From Mobula hypostoma (taxonomy: Eukaryota): a stretch of 64,000 bases of DNA. The DNA lies in assembly GCF_963921235.1 (NCBI RefSeq), contig NC_086106.1, positions 26,846,001-26,910,000 of the forward strand, written 5' to 3'. A program made the position numbers and the translations under genes. Under the pieces are notes generated by a model that saw only the letters and a list, made by a program, of their open reading frames with translations, made no database searches and had not been told where the DNA came from. Shown in pieces: positions 1-11,479 of the stretch (the stretch's first letter is position 1; every line of letters begins with the position of its first letter).

Positions 1-290
1 CTATCCAAAAGTCTCTTAAAAATCCTGTCGTGTCCGCCTCCACCAGCGTTGCCGGCAGCCCATTCCACGCACTCACCACTCTCTGTGTAAAAAAAACTTA
101 CCCCTGATATCTCCTATACACCTATTCCCAAGCACCTTAAACCTGTGCCCTCTTGCGGCAGCCATTTCACCCCTGGGAAAAAGCCCCTGACTATCCACAC
201 GATCAATGCCTCTCATCATCTTACACTCCTCTATCAGGTCACCTCTCATCCTCCGTCGCTCCAAGGAGAAAACGTTGAGTTCGGTAAACC
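1..290 (-). mobile_element. CR1-type LINE 3' fragment (continues left of window)
   Basis: ORF 73..414(-) encodes LNVFSLERRRMRGDLIE..KMMRGIDRVD..LFPR..RGHRFKV, typical of the CR1 RT C-terminus; near-identical copy at 31590+. Confidence 0.8.
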
Positions 291-888
291 TGTTTTCATG
301 AGCCACATCCACACCCGTGCCTTTATCACAAAGTAACTTTAGGGAGCCTGGATGTGAATTTATAGCATGTAAAATGCTTTCACCTGAGAGTATTAACGTG
401 CAGGCGATGCTCACTGAGGTGTCTTCTGTTGCGTTCAGTTTCTTCCGATAGCATGAATCTCACTAAAATGAAACTGCACTCTTTTGGCAATTACATGCTA
501 ATCCAATTGAAATGATTGCTATGATTGGAGGTAATCGAGAGAACTGGGAGAGGCGCTGCAAAAGAAACATTCGATCGTTAGTTACTGCAAGGCAACGTCG
601 TATTTCCTCCCACTCCTTAGAGATAACCTACGTTTTGTCATTCCTGAACTTTCCTTTAGTTTAGTCTGAACAGAAACTTGTTCGTACTGGAATCCCCTAG
701 CAGTGCACTAAAAATGCATTCACTTGAACTGGAATTCCTGGCTCTGTACATTAGAAAACAAAATAAATCATTTACCTCTATTATTTATATGTTTTACTTC
801 ATTGCTGCTGCCATGCCTTTCAAAATAACTACAATTATATTAACTATTTATATTAATATAAAGATATAATACTGTTTGTTTAAATTTT

Positions 889-1180
889 GGGCGGCAGAGT
901 AGCGTCGCGATTACTTCGACTATATTACAGTTCTGGGAGTAATAGTTCGGAATTCAATCCTGGTTCATCTGTAACTAGTTTGTGTGTCCTCACCATGGAA
1001 TGCTAGGGTTTTCACCGACTGTTCTCGGATCCACCAACAGTTCAGAGACGAATTCCGTGGAATGATTAGTCATTGTAAGCTGTCCGATGATTGGGTTCCA
1101 GAAAAATCAGGGTTGCCAATGGTTTCTGGGGCGGTGCATTTCTCAGGGCTGGAATGCCTTATTCTGCGCTGCATCATGAA
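889..1180 (+). mobile_element. tRNA-derived SINE (V-SINE/HE1-like), decayed
   Basis: Begins gggcggcagagtagcgtcgc (A-box-like), gttcggaattcaatcc (B-box-like), central gtgtcctcaccatggaatgctagggttttcaccg resembling the V-SINE core; copies at 6793 and 32478. Confidence 0.6.
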
Positions 1181-1662
1181 ATTAACAACTAAGTACATCT
1201 TGCAAGGAATTTAAACAACATTTACTGATGAAGCCATACGGTACATAAACAAGTGCATAATCGATCGCCAACCAGACAGCAATGCTTAATATTATTTATT
1301 TTCTCTAGAAACACTGAAAGCCCATTTTGATTCTATCGCTTCTATACTGGGAATTTTATTTTACACTCATGGACAATTAGATCTGTCACAAGTATCGTTG
1401 CATGAAAATCTTCCCTACCAAATGCAATAAATATATACAACATTTGATCTCTCTGCGCCAGAAGAACACATTCTATAACACAACAGTCCATGTTTTATTA
1501 TTTCGTAAATTATTGTTGCACATTGGTAATTTATTATTGTGTATATTATTATTCTCTACTGTATTCTTAGCTAGTTCTGAATACTGCTAAGTGTATTTTA
1601 AACGTTGCTGCTGTAACGAAAGAAACTCCCACTCAGGAACAAGTTCTTCTTTTTCTTCTAAA

Positions 1663-1758
1663 TATTATTATTACTATTACTACTATTACTACTACTACTA
1701 CTGCTGCTGCTACTGCTACTATTACTACTGCTACTACTACGACTACTACTACTACTAC
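1663..1758. repeat. (TAC/TAT/TGC)n compound microsatellite
   Basis: Direct inspection; paralog at 33252-33353 is 6 bp longer; the position in copy B is an N gap. Confidence 0.95.
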
Positions 1759-1999
1759 ACTTGCTATATCGGTTCCGTTACGGCGATATTCAAAAGCAAC
1801 AGAAAGCAGTGTCAGTCATGATTTACATCAGCGATTAGTTTGCTTGGATTGTTGACATCCGTCCACAAGTCAAAATCTTCTCACAAAAGGACACATCCCG
1901 AAGTCCTGATCTGCTTTAATTTCTCGCGATGAAGATGCATGTTCTGAATAAAGATGGTTGTTCTGAATATATCCGTTGTCATGCCGAATGCACTGCATC

Positions 2000-2400
2000 A
2001 TGTATATAAGAACTGAGTCGGAGTTCGTAAAGTTTCCAAATGAACCGATGCGTGAGTGGCGGAAACTTCACCCGATAATGGAAAAGGTATGTTTTCACGC
2101 AGAGAGTCTGACAACATCACAGAATGGATAACGCATGCAGTTGGGGATATAATCAAAGAGAAAGAAAGTTTACCGAGGATTAATTGTGGTTATTTAATGT
2201 TTGGCACTCGGCTTATCAGTAATTTCCAACAAGTGTAGCAGTGCCTAAGAGGCTGAGTATCTTCATCCATCTCCGAGTATACCCAGTCCTGTATTCGCAT
2301 GATGACTGCAGTCAAGCGATTGATGCACATCAGCCCGTCATGATATGACAAATCAAAGTGTAACATTGCCTAGCACTGTATAATATAGTTTATCTAATTC
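2000..2400 (+). pseudogene. Candidate decayed leader + TCR V relic (copy A)
   Basis: ATG at 2000, 17 codons + 1 nt, then GTGAGT donor at 2052 (phase-1 leader geometry); acceptor ttttcacgcAG near 2102; downstream SDNITE..IKEKESLPRINCGY is FR1-like; no clear YYC or RSS. Confidence 0.3.
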
Positions 2401-2776
2401 CCAAATGATAAAGATGCATATGGCAGAGTGCTGAAAAATATTCCTGTACCACGTTTAGGTCATGGATTAAAAGACCATGTGGTTCAGTGATCCCAGTCGT
2501 GGATTGGGGACGTACGTTCACTTCTTTGCTCCAGCCGTCTCCATGCCTAGAGATCGTTGTCAATTCTGCGGTTTTTCCACGCAAGTTTGTGTGTGATATT
2601 CAACATTGCAGTGATATGTTTTGTTACGCACCAGCAGCGATAGATATGAAATTGTGTCGGGTTTTTATGAATAAACAACGAAGTGTATGAACATCTACTC
2701 AAAAAAAAGTAAAAGTAAACAAACTACTAACTGAAACGGAAGTTAACAGTGTTTTGCGTCTATATTTATCAAACAG

Positions 2777-3038
2777 TCGAACCCAGTGACAATTCTTAAC
2801 AAATCTTACCCAAACACAGTCTTAAGCTAGTAGTTCAAAGAGTCCAAGTGATTTATCAAATACGTGAGAAGAGAGACTTCCTGAACTACGGATGAAGTAA
2901 AGACGAATCTGCTGACGCAAATCCCCGCCGAGAAATGCCTTGTCCAAAGAGATCACGAAGAATAAGATTTCTCACAGTAACTGACCTTTCGCCGGAGCTG
3001 GTCACCGCACAACTGCCGAGACTGTGCAGAGGTTAACC
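2777..3038 (+). pseudogene. Decayed TCR V-delta-like pseudogene (copy A)
   Basis: Acceptor tctatatttatcaaacAG resembles tctacattcatacAG of the intact supporting V; TVL-x-C-like start, KNKISH..LT and cac/cgc-aca-gca/act-gcc..ac-tgt-gca (DTAxYYCA-like) end; frameshifted. Confidence 0.45.
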
Positions 3039-3039
3039 A

Positions 3040-6000
3040 AAAGTGTATGCCACAATACCCGTATGGACCATTCTCTCTCTCTCTCTCTCCCCCTCCCCCC
3101 TTCGACTACGTAACCACCGACTGTGACTCCCCCAACAAAACAACTAAGCAGCAAACTACGGTCTCCCCTTTTACACCGGTTGGAACATACCATCACGTGA
3201 CATCACATCACCCACTAACACGACACTTACATCATGGAAATATCACGAGACAATTACATCATACCAATATCACGAGACAATTACCTCATGCTCACGAGAT
3301 ACTCACGGGACAGGTAACCCCTCCCCTCAAGAAAAGAAAATATTGATCTGTGAAAACCAAGATTTTAACTACAATTTACAAAATATACAAATGCATAAAG
3401 TTTACAAAATGCACGATGCACACACAGTTATCATACAGTAGTAATATAACATGGCAGGAGTGTACACAAAGATCAAAATTCCACACTGTTATAAAATGGC
3501 ATTGCAAGTCCAACATCTGGTCAGATCGTCGGCAATTACAATATCTTTGCCATTAATGTGAGTTATTGAGAGATCATATTCTTGTAAAATAAACTAAAAT
3601 TTAGCAACTTCCTTTTTAGTTTTTCAGTTTACTCAGAAATACCAATGGGTTATGATCGGTGTAAACCCCTAGTGGTTTCTGAGTTGCGCCAACTTACACA
3701 TCAAAATTTTTCAGAGCTAAAATAAGGGATAATAATTCCTCTTCTATCGCCGAATAATTTCTTTGATGCCCGTTAAATTTCTTGGAATAGTAAGCCACGG
3801 GATGGTCAACATCATCATAATTATCCCTTTGTAGTAACACTGCTCCTGCAGCCTCGTCACTGGCATCCACAGCTAGGGAAAATGGCTTTTCAAAGTCAGG
3901 TGACCTGAGCAGAGGGTGGTGACATAGGATAACTTTCAACTTATCAAAGACCTCCTGACAAGGCTTTTTCCAAACACACTTCTCACTTTTCTTCAGGAGG
4001 TTAGTTAATGGAAGGGCAATCTCGGCATTTTTTTTACATAACTTACGGTAATATCCTACAATTCCCAAGAATCTTCTGAGAGTTTTTTTTTACCAGTTGA
4101 AGTGGGAACCTTCAAAATTGCCTGAACTTTTAAACAGGAGCCAACCTGCCTTGACCCACAACGTAACCAAGGTAGGTCACAGTAGCATGGCCAAATTCAC
4201 TTTTAGCTAAGTTAATAGTTAGGTTGGTTTGTGAAAGCCTTTCAAACATCTTTCCCACTGCAGATATATGTAATTGCCAACTGTTATTCCCTGTGACTAA
4301 ATCATCAATACAGGCATCTGTATGTTTTAATACTTGAATTGCAGAATGAATCTTTTTCTGGAAGGTTCCTGGAGAATTCTTCCTTCCAAATGGCAGGACA
4401 TTGTATTCATATAACCCAGATAGCGTTACAAATGCAGAAATATGTGTCAAGGGAACACACCAATATCCTTTGAACAGGTCGATCTCGTAGGAAACTTAGC
4501 TTTTCCAACGTTATCCACGAAGTAATCTACCCTTGGGATGGATACGCATCGGTTTCTGTTGCAGCATTCACCTTTCTGTGATCAGTACAAAACCGAATAC
4601 AACCTTCTCATTTAGGCAGCTAGACACAAGGTGACCTCCAATCCGAAGCAGAAGGTCGAATAATAACATTTTCTAACATATATTTTATTTCCTGTTCAGT
4701 GATTCTACATTTTTCCATGTCCATTGAAAATGGAAGTTGCTTTATGGATTTGACGTTCCCAACATCTACATCATGTTAGACGACTGTGCTTGTTTTGGGT
4801 ACGTCTGGAAATAACTCCCTAAATTTGATAATTAACTGCTTCATTTGCTTCCGCTGCTGTGGCTGTAGATGAGCCAATTTCTTATCAATATTTTCCAAAA
4901 TTGTCGAATTTGGTAGTCTGGCGGAAATAATCTTCGGTTTAAAATAAGCCTCAGATGGATCAGCTACCAAGTTCCAAGGCAGATTAGAATCATTGTCATT
5001 GACTGCAACAATCATAGCGGCAAACTGTATTTCATAATATGGTTTTATCACGTTTACCTGACAAAGCAGCGTGGGCCTCCTCGATTTGGTGTTTGTACCG
5101 CATAGACCGCATTATTACCTTAAGATATAATCTCGTAAGGACCATGAAATTTAGCTTTTATGGGTTTGTTTGCACAGGGGAAAAAACAACACCTTATTTC
5201 CCGACTCGAATGACCTCGTTCTAGCTTCCTCGTCATACCAACTTTTCATTCTTTCATGGGCAGATTATAAATTTTCCCATAATGAGCTGCAAGTTTTTGC
5301 AATCTTTCCTTAAATTTCAAGACATAATCCCACAAATTAGTATGGAGTTCTTTGTGAACACACTGTTCTTTTAACAATGCCAAAGGTCCTCAGACTCAAT
5401 GCCCAAACACAAGTTCAAAGGGGCTAAAGCCTAGGGACTACTGTACTAACTGTCTAACTGCAAATAAAAGCAAATGAACTACCGCATCCAAATAATTGTC
5501 ATTTTCGACACAGAACATCCTAATCATGGCTTTGAGGATAGAATGAAACCTTTCCAAGGCCCCCTGTGATTCTGAATGGTACTCAGACGATATAATCTGC
5601 TTGTCTCCCAGGTTATAAAGTACTTGCTGGAATAATCGCGGCATAAAATTACTTCCTTGATCAGACTAGATTTCTCCGGGGAACCTAAATAAAATAATCT
5701 TCATAAGAGCCTTCGTCACAGTTTTATCTTTTATATTCCTAAGAGGTATTGCTTCTGCAAACTCAGATGCTGTACATATGATGGTCAGCAAATCTTGATG
5801 TCCAGCTTTAGTTTTTGGCAATAGGCCAACACAATCTGCTCTAACTTTAGAAAACAATTCACTAAATGCAGGAATATGTTGCAATTGTGTTATTGGGTTG
5901 TCTTGATTAGGTACACCCACAACCTGATAAGTGTGACAAGTTCGGCAAAATGTCGCCACATCTTTCCTCAAACCAGGCCAGAAGAAGGGTTTTCTGACTT

Positions 6001-6350
6001 TGTTCACAGTTTTTTTCACACCTAGATGGCCACCTAAGGGCATACTATGAGCCAAAGTTAAAATTTCATTCCTACAGACCTGAGGGTCGACGACCTGGTG
6101 AACAGCTGCCCAATCCTCATTTGCAGGAATCTCAGGTGGTTTCCACTTTCTAATTAACACTACACTCTTGGAATAAAACCCTACTGTCACCTTCTAAATC
6201 TCGCTATCTGGGAGAGCGTTCTCTCTCAAGGTGACAATCTCAGGATCTCAGCTCTGCTCCACTATAATCTCCTTCTCAGAAATAGACAAGTGCTAATGGT
6301 CCGACTCACAACAAGAATCTTGATCAAACAAGGAAGGTAGGAAAGCTCCT
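3040..6350 (-). mobile_element. pol: Gmr1-like Gypsy LTR retrotransposon, copy A (3' LTR, RNase H, RT, integrase; 5' truncated)
   Basis: ORFs 3694-4068 (FLGIVGYYRK..PDFEKPFSLAVDASD), 4130-4450 (YEYNVLPFG..CIDD), 5438-6190 (integrase H..GGHLG..CxTC, HSESQGALER); PPT gaggggagggg (3318-3329) next to a TG LTR edge at 3312; many stops and frameshifts. Confidence 0.88.
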
Positions 6351-6792
6351 CCGATATCATGAATCTCATTAAAATGAAACTGCATTCTTTTGGCAATTAC
6401 GTGTTCATCCAATTAAAAGGATTGCTATAATTGGAGGTAATCGAGATAACTGGGAGACGTGCTGCTAAAGAAACATTCGATCGTTAGTTATTATAAGGCA
6501 ACGTCGTAATTCCTCCCACTCCTTAGAGATAACCTACGTTTTGTCATTCCTCGACTTTCCTTTAATCTGAGCAGAATCTTGTTCGTACTGGGATCCCCTA
6601 GCAGTGCACTAAAAAAAATGTGTTCACTTGAACTGGAATTCCTGGCTCTGTACAATGGAAAACAAAATAAATCATTTACCTCTATCATTTATATGTTTTG
6701 CTTCATTGCTGCTGCCATGCCTTTCAAAATAACTGCAATTATATTAATTATTTATATTAATATATAAATATAATACTGTGTTTTTAAATTTT

Positions 6793-7050
6793 GGGCGGCA
6801 TAGTAGCGTCGCGGTGAATTCGACTCTACTACAATTCTGGTTCATCTGTAACTAGTTTGTGTGTCCTCACCATGGAATGCCAGGGTTTTCACCGACTGTT
6901 CTCGGATCCACCAACAGTTCAGAGACAAACTCCGTGGAATGATTAGTCATTGTAAGCTGTCCGATGATTAGGTTCCGGAAAAATCAGGGTTGCCAATGGT
7001 TTCAGGGGTTGTTTCTCAGGGCTGGAATGCCTTATTCTGCGCTGCATAAT
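6793..7050 (+). mobile_element. tRNA-derived SINE, paralog of 889-1180
   Basis: gggcggcatagtagcgtcgc... aligned by eye to the copy A SINE. Confidence 0.6.
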
Positions 7051-7518
7051 GAAATAAACATCTAAGTACACCTTGCAAGGAATTAAAACAACATTTACTC
7101 ATGAAGCCATACGGTACGTAAACAGGTGCATAATCGATCGCCAGCCAGACAGTCATAGTTAATGCAATTTATTTTCTCTAGAAACACACAAAGCCCATTT
7201 TGATTCTGTCGCTTCCATACCGGGAATTTTATTTTAAACTCAATGGCCAATTAGACCTGTCACAAGTATCGTTGCATGAAAATCTTCCCTACCAAATGCG
7301 ATCAGTATATACAACATTTGATCTCTTGCGCCAGAAGAACACACTCCATAATACAACAGCCCATGTTTTATTATTTCGTACATTATTGTTGCACATTTTT
7401 GCACATTGGTAAATTATTGTTGTGTTTATTATTATTCTCTACTGTATTCTTAGCGATTTCTGAATACTGATAAGTGTATTTTAAGTGTTGCTGCTGTAAC
7501 GAAAGAAATTCCCACTCA

Positions 7519-7652
7519 NNNNNNNNNNNNNNNNNNNNNNNNNNNNNNNNNNNNNNNNNNNNNNNNNNNNNNNNNNNNNNNNNNNNNNNNNNNNNNNNNN
7601 NNNNNNNNNNNNNNNNNNNNNNNNNNNNNNNNNNNNNNNNNNNNNNNNNNNN
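7519..7652. other. Assembly gap (134 N)
   Basis: Run of N at the position occupied by the TAC microsatellite in copies A and C. Confidence 1.
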
Positions 7653-7881
7653 GTCCCATTACTGCGATATTCAAAAGCAATAGAAAGCAGTGTCAGTCAA
7701 GATTTACATCAGCGATTAGTTTGCCTGGATTGTTGACTTCCGTCCACAAGTCAAACTCTTCTCAGAAAAGAACACCGTCCCGAAGTCCTGATCTGCTTGA
7801 AGTTCTCGCAATGAAGATGCATGTCCTGAATTCAGATGGTTGTTCTCAATATATCCGTTGTCATGCCGAATGCACTGCATC

Positions 7882-8300
7882 ATGTAAATAAGAATTGAGT
7901 CAGAGTTCGTAAAGTTTCAAAATGAACCAATGCGTGAGTGGTGGAAAATTTACCCGAAAAGGGAAAAGATATGTTTTCACGCAGAGAGTCTGACAACATC
8001 AAAGAATGGATAACGCTTGAAGTTAGGGATATAATCAAAGGGAAAGAAAGTTTTTGGAGGATTAATTGTGGTTATGTGATGGTTGGTACTCGGCTTATCA
8101 GTAATCTCCACCAAGTGCAGCAATGCCTCAGAGGCTGAGTGTCCTCATCCATTTCCGAGTATACCCAGTCCTGTATTCGCATGACGACTGCAGTCAAGCG
8201 ATTGACGCACATCGTCCCGTCATGATATGACCGATCAAAGTGTAACATTGCCGAACACTGCATAATACAGTTTATCCAGTTCCCAAATGGTAAAGATGCA
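7882..8300 (+). pseudogene. Candidate decayed leader + V relic (copy B)
   Basis: Paralog of 2000-2400; keeps gc|GTGAGT, ttttcacgcAG and IKGKESFWRINCGY. Confidence 0.3.
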
Positions 8301-8303
8301 TTT

Positions 8304-10837
8304 GTCATGGAGTGAGGCTGAAGGAGTATACTTCCCGAGGGGAGAGAATTCTTCTACATTGAATCAGTTCCGACAAATCTCACTCCTGAATGTAGAAGGA
8401 AGATTATATTTGGCATTCTGGCAGAAAGAATATCTTCATTTGTGATTGACAATGGATCAGTAGATACATCTGTGCAGAAAGCAGAAATACCAGGCTTCCC
8501 AGGATGCATTGAACATTCTAGTATGATATGGCATACCATCCAGGAGTCAAAAAGGTTGAGAAGAAATCTGGCTGTAGTTTGGCTTGATCTGGCAAGTGCA
8601 TATGGTTCTGTTCCCCATGTCCTGATGGAGTTTGCGATGGAATTGCTATGGATTCCTGCTCAGGTGAGGAACTTTGTTCTGCAGTACTACAACAATTTCC
8701 GCATGAGGTTTTCCACTCAGCAGTTTACAACTAGGTGGCAGAGCTTGGATGTTGGAATCCCAATGGGATGTGCAATTTCACCCATCCTTTTTGTGTTAGC
8801 CATGGAGGTCATTGTGAGGGCTGCAGAATCAGTGGGACCAGGTGTTGCACTTGATGGCGGAGAGGAGTTACCACCAATACGAGCGTTCATGGATGATCTT
8901 ACCCTTTTGGGTCCCAGCACGGAGGCTGTGGAAAATGTACTATCTAGACTCGAGGAGCTAATGGATTGGGGAAGAATGAAGTTCAAGACCAAGAAGTCAA
9001 GGAGCCTTGTTCTTAGGAGAGGAAAGCTGGTTGACTTTCATTTCACCGTCTGTGGAGAGGAGATTCCATCCATTCAGGACCAACCAGTTAAGAGCCTCGG
9101 ACAATGGTACACAGAGGAGCTGAAGACACCAAGAGGGTTCAAGAGACAGAAGAACAGATCAGCACAGATCTGATGTCTGTTGACAAGTGTGGCTTGCCTG
9201 GCAAGTTGAAGTTGTGGTGCTTGCAGTACGGACTGATGCCACGGATAATGTGGCCACGAACTGTCTATGAAGTGGCAATGTCCCATGTTGAGACAATGGA
9301 ACAGAAGATCAACAAGTATGTGAAGAAGTGGCTTGGAGTACCGAGCAGCCTCATCAATGTTGCAATCCACAGTAGCCAGACAAAACTTACCATCCCAGTG
9401 CAATCCCTTGTTGAGGGGGTCAAGGTAGCCAAGGTAAGATCATTCTTGATGCTTCGAGACTCAAAAGACCATGTCATCAAGAACACCCAGCCAGACGTGG
9501 GATCATGCAGGAAGTGGTCAGCCCGTGTAGCAGTTGATGAGGCAGAGTCTAGATTGAAGCACAAGGAGACGGTTGGGGCTATCCAGCTAGGCCGCCAGGG
9601 ACTTGGATGGTCAACCCACAAGTGGTGGTCATCTTCTACAGGTAAGGAGCGCCGTGAGCTTGTAACGCAAGAAATACGAGAGGTAAAAGAGGAGAAGAGG
9701 TTAACTAAAACAGCTGGCCTGGCCAAACAAGTGGCGTGAACCCGGAAGAAAAGTTGAACAACGACACCTATCTTGGAATGTTCTGGGGCACATGGAACCA
9801 CTCGGCATTTCTTTTCTATGCATAGCAGCGTACGACCTGCTCCCAACACCTGCCAACATCAGCACCTGGTATGAGGATAAGGCAGACGGATGTGCTGCTT
9901 GTGGCGAGAAGGGAACACTTCAACATATCTTGAGTGCATGCAGAGTCAATCTTTCCAGCAACATGTACACTTGGAGACATAAGAACGTTCTCAAAGTTGT
10001 AACAGAAGCGGTTGAACAGAGAGTACTGCAGCACAATTTATCTCATGCCCCATGCTGCACAGAACATCGCATATCATTTGTGAAAGAAGGCTCCAAGTCA
10101 AGGGTGTACAGCGCAGGCTCACGATCAAGCATACTTTCTTCAGCCAATGATTGGTGTGTCAAGGCCGACCTGGACGAGAAAGGCAGTTTCCCGGAGCAAG
10201 TAGCTTTTACCACATTGCGTCCAGGTATACTCATAGGGTCTGACACCAGTAGATAAGCAGTTATTAGTGAACTCACAGTCCCCTGGGAAGACAACGTCAA
10301 TGAAGCCCATGAGCGCAAGTTAAACAAGTATGCAGAATTAAGATCAGAGTGCAGAGACAGAGGGTGGAGGGTCTCATGCTATCCATTCGAAGTAGGCTGC
10401 CGTGGGTTTACTGCGTTCACTCTCCAGAAGTGGCTGCGTGACCTTGACTTCACCAGAAGAGAGATCAAGTCAACCAGCAGGGCTGTAGCTGAGGCAGCAG
10501 AGAAAGGATCAGCATGGGTGTGGACCAAGTATGTCCAGAGGGGCCGTTAGTCAGACAGTGTATACATATCTTGCAAACCCTTCAGTAGTTGCATACACAC
10601 CTGAAGGGTAGACTATCTGTTGGATGGAAGTGACCAACAACTCTGATAGAGGCAGATGCCAAGTTTTTAAGCTCACCAGTGGGAGGTGGTGCTTTAGCAC
10701 TGCTGGCCCACCACCTCGAGGGAGTCTTGATCATAAGCGGGCCGAAACTCCTGAAGACAGGTGGCAGATCAACTGATGATCCCACTGGTGATAACACAGG
10801 ACAGTTAACATCTTAGTCCACGTGTATTTTGTAATTC
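8304..10837 (+). mobile_element. 5'-truncated HERO-like (RLE-clade) non-LTR retrotransposon
   Basis: RT (QFRQISLLNVEG, WLDLASAYGSVPH, GIPMGCAISPILF, AFMDDLT), CCHC knuckle CAACGEKGTLQHILSAC and restriction-like endonuclease RPG..ELTVPWED..HERKLNKYAEL..CYPFEVGCRGF; absent from paralogous sites in copies A and C; frameshifted. Confidence 0.85.
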
Positions 10838-11208
10838 TGGCATAGTGGTAAAAATATTCCTGTACCATGTTTAGGTCATAGACAAAATGACCAAGTGGTT
10901 CGGTGACTCCAGTCGTGGATTTGGGACGTACGTTCACTTCTTTACTCCAGCCGTCTCCATGCCTAGAGATCGTCGTGGATTCTGTGGTTTTCCCACGGAA
11001 GTTTGTGCTTGATAATCAACATTTCAGTGATATGTTTTGTTACGCACCAGCAGCAATAGATATGAAATTAAGTCGGGGTTTCTATGAATAAACAACGAAG
11101 TTTGTTAACCTCTACTCAATAACATAGAAAAGTAAGCAACCTTTTACTTAATTTTTAAGTAACTGAAACGGAAGTTAACAGTGTTTCACGTCTATAATTA
11201 TCACACAG

Positions 11209-11475
11209 TCGAACCTAGTGACAACTCTTGACAAATCTTACTCAAACACAGTCTTAATGTGGTAGTTCAAAGAGTGCAAGTGATGAAATACGTGAGAGGA
11301 GAGACTCACTGAACCACCGATGAAGAGAAGACGAAACTGCTGACGCAAATCCAAGCCGAGAAATGCCTTGTCCAAAGAGATCACGAAGAATAAGATTTCT
11401 CACAATAACCCATCTAACCAATCTTTCGCCGGAGGTTGTCACCACACAGCAGCCGAGACTATGCAGGGGTTAACC
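11209..11475 (+). pseudogene. Decayed TCR V-delta-like pseudogene (copy B)
   Basis: Paralog of 2777-3038; SKEITKNKISH and cac aca gca gcc gag ac tat gca. Confidence 0.45.
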
Positions 11476-11479
11476 AGAA

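Larger units (their letters stand above)
445..6350. repeat. Segmental duplication module, copy A (SINE + TAC microsatellite + decayed V relics + truncated Gypsy)
   Basis: ccgatagcatgaatctc at 445 matches 6351 and 32034; colinear similarity follows; the Gypsy part is cut at 6350 where copy B begins. Confidence 0.9.

Noticed and set aside
620-830. V-like words (YWN.., ELEFL, ENKINHL, gctgccatg) in the duplicated module
   Set aside because: Inconsistent frames and spacing, no Cys pair; too weak to call.
1360-1395. ggacaa..gtcac..aagtatc resembling the NTCR J and donor
   Set aside because: Short match, no RSS upstream, no GT donor; chance similarity cannot be excluded.
1591-1821. Tyr/Cys-rich ORF (also 33180-33416)
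   Set aside because: Translation of a TAC/TGC microsatellite; no start context or splice evidence.
3240-3312. Short direct repeats (atatcacgagacaatta) reminiscent of a CRISPR-like array
   Set aside because: Only 2-3 degenerate units without unique spacers, inside a Gypsy LTR; the window is vertebrate DNA with no prokaryotic systems.
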